From an uncultured Gammaproteobacteria bacterium (GTDB lineage: Bacteria; Patescibacteriota; Patescibacteriia; Magasanikbacterales; UBA922), in assembly GCA_964522405.1 (NCBI GenBank), contig CAZFTR010000002.1, positions 8,032 to 72,031 of the forward strand: a DNA stretch of 64,000 bases. Reading direction: 5' to 3'. The translations under genes and the position numbers were made by a program. Numbering within the stretch: position 1 is the stretch's first letter; each line of letters starts with the position of its first letter. Below, piece by piece: positions 59,207 through 64,000 of this stretch. The notes below the pieces were generated by a model. It did not search any database and was not told where the DNA came from. It was given only the letters and a program-made list of their open reading frames with translations.

Positions 59207-59908
59207 ATGAAATTATCTATTATAGTTCCTTGTTACAATGAGGAGCAGAATTTGGAACTTCTACTTGAGAGTATTGATAATTCCATGAAAAGAGACGATA
59301 TAGAAGTTGTGTTAGTTGATAATGGGTCAACTGATGGCAGCAAAGAAGTTTTAGAAAAAATTGCGCCTCAGTATTCTTATGTTAAGATTGAAACAGTTAA
59401 AGAAAATCAAGGATATGGTTTTGGTATTTTATCAGGATTGAGAGCAGCAACAGGGGAATACCTGGGCTGGATGCATGGAGATCTACAAACTCCTTTTGTA
59501 AATGTTATTCTTGCTCTTGAATTAATTGAAAAATTTGATAATCCTCATAATGTTTTTGTAAAAGGTTGGCGAAAAGAAAGGTCGATTTTTGATAAATTTT
59601 TTAGTTTTGGAATGGGAGTTTTTGAGACTATTTTGCTTCGAACCAAAATGCAGGAAATAAATGCCCAACCAAATATATTTCATAAAAGTTTTTTTGAAAA
59701 ATGGCAAAATCCGCCAAATGATTTTTCTTTGGATCTTTATGTTTTTTATTTGGCAAAAAAATTAAAATTAGATATTTTCAGAATTCCGGTTTTTTTCCCA
59801 GAGAGGAAATTTGGAGAATCAAAATGGAATACCAGTTTTGCCATGAAATGGAAATTTATAAAAAGAACATTGTCATATAGTATGGTTCTGCGAAAGAAGC
59901 TTAAATAA
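59207..59908 (+). CDS. Glycosyltransferase family 2 (polyprenol-phosphate glycosyltransferase-like)
   Basis: IVPCYNEE, VDNGSTD, NQGYGFG, HGDLQT, RKFGESKW. Confidence 0.9.
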   Translation: MKLSIIVPCYNEEQNLELLLESIDNSMKRDDIEVVLVDNGSTDGSKEVLEKIAPQYSYVKIETVKENQGYGFGILSGLRAATGEYLGWMHGDLQTPFVNVILALELIEKFDNPHNVFVKGWRKERSIFDKFFSFGMGVFETILLRTKMQEINAQPNIFHKSFFEKWQNPPNDFSLDLYVFYLAKKLKLDIFRIPVFFPERKFGESKWNTSFAMKWKFIKRTLSYSMVLRKKLK

Positions 59909-59922
59909 TTAAATTATAAAAT

Positions 59923-61020
59923 ATGAATGAGATATTGAAAAAAATAGACCTATCAAAAAAAGCAATTGAAACCTGGAATTCTTTTTCAGAAGAAGAAAAA
60001 GGTATTTGTTCAGAGTATTTTGAGTTGAAGAAAATTCAAAGATCAGATCTTGAAAATTTCTGGCCATTTAAACATGATTATCAGTACTTTTTGAGTGATG
60101 ACGATATTACTAGAGTAGTTTTTTGTGCTGTAGTTGAAATCTTGAGATACAATCAGTCAAATAAAATGAATAGAGCTTTTGTTGGAAATTCCGGTGGTTT
60201 GGACAGTGCCACGACCTGCGCACTTTTATCAAAAGCCATTAAATTAAGCTCTGATCTGGGAGAGGAATTTTCTGTTGTTTCCTATGGAATGCCGCTTTAC
60301 AGTAATCCAGAGCATGATCTTCGCGCAACTGAAACTGCTAATACCTTTGGAATAAGACATATAAAAGTTGATGGATTAGATCAGGTTTTAGATAGTTTCA
60401 AAAAAGCTGTATTGCCTCTAGCAGAAGACTTTGAATTCAATGAAGAAGAAAAAAGAAGAGGGATTGGAAATGTAAAGGCTAGAATCCGTATGATTATAAA
60501 TTTTTTCGGGACTACAAAGGCGGGAAGTTATGTGGTCTCTACTGATAATTTATCTGAGCTGTATATGGCTTTCTGGACTCTTATGGGTGATGTTGGTGCT
60601 TTTGGTCCGATTCAAAACATACTGAAAGGTTTGGAATTACCATCTATTGCCTATGCACTGGCAGTGCCACAGAAAACCATTGCAGCCAAACCAACAGATG
60701 GTCTTGAGGTTCATAAGTCACTGGATGAGCATGAAGGCGGAGATGCTGATGCTTTTAAGGGTGTTCAATATCCTCATCTTGACGCAGTTATTTGTTACGC
60801 TGCAAAAGCAGGTCTTGATTTAGAAAAATCTGAATTTGTTTCAGTTGATGCAGATCAAATTGCTTCAGAATTTGCATCCCAAGAAATAGTTGATGGTTTA
60901 GTCAGGCAAATGACCAGTCCGGGATCAGTATGGAAAAGAACCAGCGGATCAATTGGTATAGCCATTGCTCGAGATGAGTTGGGATTAGAACCGGTTTCAA
61001 ATATTGTAGATAAATTATAA
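59923..61020 (+). CDS. nadE: NH3-dependent NAD synthetase-like protein with N-terminal extension
   Basis: SGGLDS PP-loop, NVKARIRM, TDNLSE, FWTLMGD, KPTDGL. Confidence 0.75.
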   Translation: MNEILKKIDLSKKAIETWNSFSEEEKGICSEYFELKKIQRSDLENFWPFKHDYQYFLSDDDITRVVFCAVVEILRYNQSNKMNRAFVGNSGGLDSATTCALLSKAIKLSSDLGEEFSVVSYGMPLYSNPEHDLRATETANTFGIRHIKVDGLDQVLDSFKKAVLPLAEDFEFNEEEKRRGIGNVKARIRMIINFFGTTKAGSYVVSTDNLSELYMAFWTLMGDVGAFGPIQNILKGLELPSIAYALAVPQKTIAAKPTDGLEVHKSLDEHEGGDADAFKGVQYPHLDAVICYAAKAGLDLEKSEFVSVDADQIASEFASQEIVDGLVRQMTSPGSVWKRTSGSIGIAIARDELGLEPVSNIVDKL

Positions 61021-61023
61021 TTT

Positions 61024-61881
61024 ATGAAAGTAATTTTAGTTGGAAAAATTCATCCAGAAGCTGAAAAACTATTGTCAGAGCATTTTGATTATCAGCATCT
61101 TGATAATGAGCAATTTTATCAAAGAGAAGATTTTTCAGGTATTCAAGCGATAGCACTTCGTACTTTTACAAATCTCAAAAAAGAACATCTGGATAAAATG
61201 CCAGATTTAAAATTTGTGGTAAATTGCAGTGTTGGTTTTGATAATCTCGATTTAGATGAGATAGAAGAGCGAGGAATTAAGTTGGTTTCATGTTCTGGAA
61301 CAAATTCAAATAGTGTGGCTGAACATACAATTTATCTTTTATGGTCATTGCTGCGAGAAGATCCTAGAGAATTCTTTTCTGAACTAAAAGGAAAAACAAT
61401 TGGAATTATTGGATTTGGAAATATTGGTAAATTAGTTGCCAAAAAGCTCTTGGGAAGTCAGGCCAAGGTGATTGCCTATGACGTAGTTGAGCAAGACAGG
61501 GAAGTCTTGGCAGAATTAAAAACAGAAATAGTAAGTTTGGAAAATCTTTGCAAGGACGCAGATATTATTACAGTCCATGTTCCACTTAATAAGCACACTG
61601 CCGGATTAGTTAATAGAGAATGTTTTGAGAATATGAAAGAGGATGTTTTCTTTATTAATACTTCAAGATCAGAACTTTTAGATGAAGAGGCGCTAATTGA
61701 TAAATATCAAAGACAAGGGTTTAGAGGTTTGGCTTTTGATGTTTATTCAGAAAACCTCAAGAAAAACTTGAAAGCAGGTCATGTGATTTTTACTGATCAT
61801 GTTGGGGCACGTGGAGAAGAGTCTTTTCGAAATATGTGCATTGAGCCAATGAAAAAATTTCTTTCAATTTTGGAAAAATAA
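61024..61881 (+). CDS. D-isomer-specific 2-hydroxyacid dehydrogenase
   Basis: VGFDNLD, NSVAEH, GIIGFGNIG, HVPL, INTSR, HVG. Confidence 0.9.
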   Translation: MKVILVGKIHPEAEKLLSEHFDYQHLDNEQFYQREDFSGIQAIALRTFTNLKKEHLDKMPDLKFVVNCSVGFDNLDLDEIEERGIKLVSCSGTNSNSVAEHTIYLLWSLLREDPREFFSELKGKTIGIIGFGNIGKLVAKKLLGSQAKVIAYDVVEQDREVLAELKTEIVSLENLCKDADIITVHVPLNKHTAGLVNRECFENMKEDVFFINTSRSELLDEEALIDKYQRQGFRGLAFDVYSENLKKNLKAGHVIFTDHVGARGEESFRNMCIEPMKKFLSILEK

Positions 61882-61887
61882 TCAGTT

Positions 61888-63087
61888 ATGATTAATCCCA
61901 AGAATTTTTTGATAATTTATTCTAATAAAATATTGCGAAAATTAGCTCGTCTGTTGTTTAAGATTGAATTGAAATATAATTATCAGCCGATCTATGGTTT
62001 TTACCATACCGGAAACAAACATGATAAGCAAGCTTTGCTCTCATATAGAGTTTTGCAAGTTAGAGAACAGTCTCGAAAAACTTGGAGTTCAGGCGCAGAT
62101 ATACATGATATTCTTCGGGTATTGAGTGATTTGGGATATAAAACAGATATAATTCATTCAGAAGATGATAGTTTTGAGCCAAAAAAATCATATGATCTTT
62201 TGATGGCACATGGTGGCAAAAATCTTAAAAAACTTTTTCAATCAGTTCCAGAAAAAACCATTAAGATTTTTTACCCAAATAGCGCTTATTGGAAATTTCA
62301 AAACAAAGAAGAACAAAAAAGAATTGATGAATTGGAAGAAAGAAAAGGCAAGATAGTTCATCCTGAGAGATTAATAAGTGAAAGTTATGAAGATTATGCT
62401 CTAGAAAATGCTGATGGCGTCATACTTTTGAGTAATGACAGAGGTAGAAAAACTTATCCCAATCCTCAAACAATTTTAAATTTGGAAGGGGCTTCATTTT
62501 CAGAAAAAAAATACTTGGCTGATCTTGAATCAAAGGACTATCAGTCAGCAAAAAATGGTTTTTTGATTTTGAGCGGTTCTGGAAATGTTCACAAAGGTTT
62601 GGATTTACTCTTAGAAGTGTTTGCCAAAAAGCCAGAGAAAGATCTGTACATTTGCTGCAAACTGGAAGAAGATTTTAAAAAAACCTATGATCAAGAATTG
62701 TTTAAAACTGCAAATATTCACTATATTGGACATATAGCGCTCTACCAAAAACAACATTTTGATTTATTGAATAAATGTAATTACCTAATTTTCCCAAGCG
62801 CTAGCGAAGGAAGCCCCGGTTCAGTTGCTGACTCTATGATGCAGGGGTTAATTCCAATTGTTAGTAGGAATTCACATATGGATGTAGATGGGTTTGGAGA
62901 ATATCTGGATCCTTGTTCAATAGAAAATATTTCTAGAGTTGTTGATCAAATTTCAAATCACGATGTGCAATGGTATAAACAAAAAAGTTTAAAATCGCGA
63001 GAAGAAGCAATGAAAAGATTTTCACAGAAATTATTTAGAAATAGATTAAAACAACATATATCAAATATCATTGATCAGAAGAAATAA
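61888..63087 (+). CDS. Glycosyltransferase family 4-like
   Basis: HKGLDLLLE and FPSASEG.PGSV..SM..GLIP. Confidence 0.85.
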   Translation: MINPKNFLIIYSNKILRKLARLLFKIELKYNYQPIYGFYHTGNKHDKQALLSYRVLQVREQSRKTWSSGADIHDILRVLSDLGYKTDIIHSEDDSFEPKKSYDLLMAHGGKNLKKLFQSVPEKTIKIFYPNSAYWKFQNKEEQKRIDELEERKGKIVHPERLISESYEDYALENADGVILLSNDRGRKTYPNPQTILNLEGASFSEKKYLADLESKDYQSAKNGFLILSGSGNVHKGLDLLLEVFAKKPEKDLYICCKLEEDFKKTYDQELFKTANIHYIGHIALYQKQHFDLLNKCNYLIFPSASEGSPGSVADSMMQGLIPIVSRNSHMDVDGFGEYLDPCSIENISRVVDQISNHDVQWYKQKSLKSREEAMKRFSQKLFRNRLKQHISNIIDQKK

Positions 63088-63091
63088 TCCT

Positions 63092-63784
63092 ATGGAAGAA
63101 AAACAGTTAAATTCAATGGCAGAGTATTATGAAGAATGGTGGGAAAATCCTCGTGATCCAAGAGGCAGGGTTTTTGCAAAATTAAATCAGTTGGTTGGAA
63201 ATAGAATTCCCAAAACCGAAAATGGAGAGGCTCTAGATCTTGGCTCAGGCTGTGGTGCTATAATTGAAAGATTAGCTACCAAAGGCTATAATGTCACAGG
63301 TGTTGAATATGGAAAAGAGGCTGCCCAGAAGCTAAAAATGCGTTTTCCAAAAGCTGAGATAGTGCAAGCCGACCTCAACAAATGGGAAATAGACAGAAGC
63401 TATGAACTAGTAACGGCTATTGAGTTGGTGCAAAATTTCACAGAAGAGGAGCTTTTAAAATTACTTATCAAAATAAAACCAAAAACAAAAAGACTTATTA
63501 TAACTTGCCCAAATTACAATTCCTTGCAAGGAAGATGGGTCACTTGGAGAAAGTTCAAAGCTCCTTTTGTTCATCTCTATCGTCCCAGAAAATTTGAGGA
63601 AATTGTCGAAAAAGCAGGTTTTAAAATAACTTACAGAGCCGGAGTTGGGTTTCTAATGCCAATTACATTGTTGTCCGGTTTCAAAGTGCAATTGATTCCA
63701 AGTTTTATGGTCAAATATCTAAATAAGATATTGGATCCGATTTTTCCAAAATTATGCGCGCTTTATTATATTGAGGTTGAATAA
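63092..63784 (+). CDS. Class I SAM-dependent methyltransferase
   Basis: ALDLGSGCG, GVE, ADL, IITCPN. Confidence 0.85.
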   Translation: MEEKQLNSMAEYYEEWWENPRDPRGRVFAKLNQLVGNRIPKTENGEALDLGSGCGAIIERLATKGYNVTGVEYGKEAAQKLKMRFPKAEIVQADLNKWEIDRSYELVTAIELVQNFTEEELLKLLIKIKPKTKRLIITCPNYNSLQGRWVTWRKFKAPFVHLYRPRKFEEIVEKAGFKITYRAGVGFLMPITLLSGFKVQLIPSFMVKYLNKILDPIFPKLCALYYIEVE

Positions 63785-63793
63785 TTTAAAATT

Positions 63794-64000
63794 ATGTTAG
63801 AAATTTCAAATTTAATTTGTACAACTGATGAGACTATTGAAGCTGTTTTCCAAAAAATGGATGACAAAGATTCTAATATTCTTTTTGTGGTAGATCAAAA
63901 AGATCGCTTAGTTGGAAGAGTTGAAAAAAGTCTTCTAAGATCAAAAGTATTAAGTGGAATTTCTTCAGGAGATAGTATCAGCGATTTTGTGGAAAAGGAT
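63794..64000 (+). CDS. CBS-domain protein (3' truncated by window edge)
   Basis: Manual translation MLEISNLICTTDETIEAVFQKMDDKDSNILFVVDQKDRLVG matches the CBS pattern; frame is open to the end. Confidence 0.7.
   Translation, partial: MLEISNLICTTDETIEAVFQKMDDKDSNILFVVDQKDRLVGRVEKSLLRSKVLSGISSGDSISDFVEKD

Noticed and set aside
1-64000. Alternative genetic code (UGA=Gly)
   Set aside because: Full-length genes read correctly in code 11, and TGA serves as a stop in ATGA overlaps.

Overview
AT-rich bacterial window read with genetic code 11. By inference it comes from a Patescibacteria/CPR (Parcubacteria-like) genome: gene starts mostly lack a Shine-Dalgarno (SD) site, and it carries an ECF sigma with a DUF5667-like partner, O-antigen-ligase/TPR paralogs and a large S-layer-like protein. 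Most of it is a cell-surface glycosylation locus: GT2/GT4/GT-C transferases, GDP-fucose (gmd/fcl), CDP-3,6-dideoxyhexose (rfbF/G/H plus a reductase), a flippase, methyltransferases and an unusual kinase/aldolase/nucleotidyltransferase module. The strongest signal is three single-gene high-GC cassettes (5409-8507, 40412-40897, 53922-54926). Each lies on the minus strand behind an AT-rich native sigma70-type promoter, has a clear SD site and ends in GC-rich 3' hairpins. In two of them the loop of the 3' hairpin is complementary to the 5' UTR of the same transcript. One is a high-GC paralog of the adjacent low-GC gene. Also present: a tRNA-like gene with Ala acceptor identity and a 58-nt double-hairpin insert in the T-loop, several structured non-coding elements, an ECF-type leaderless autopromoter, and direct repeats over the promoter of a BldC-like regulator. 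All calls come from motif recognition by eye; no database searches were run.
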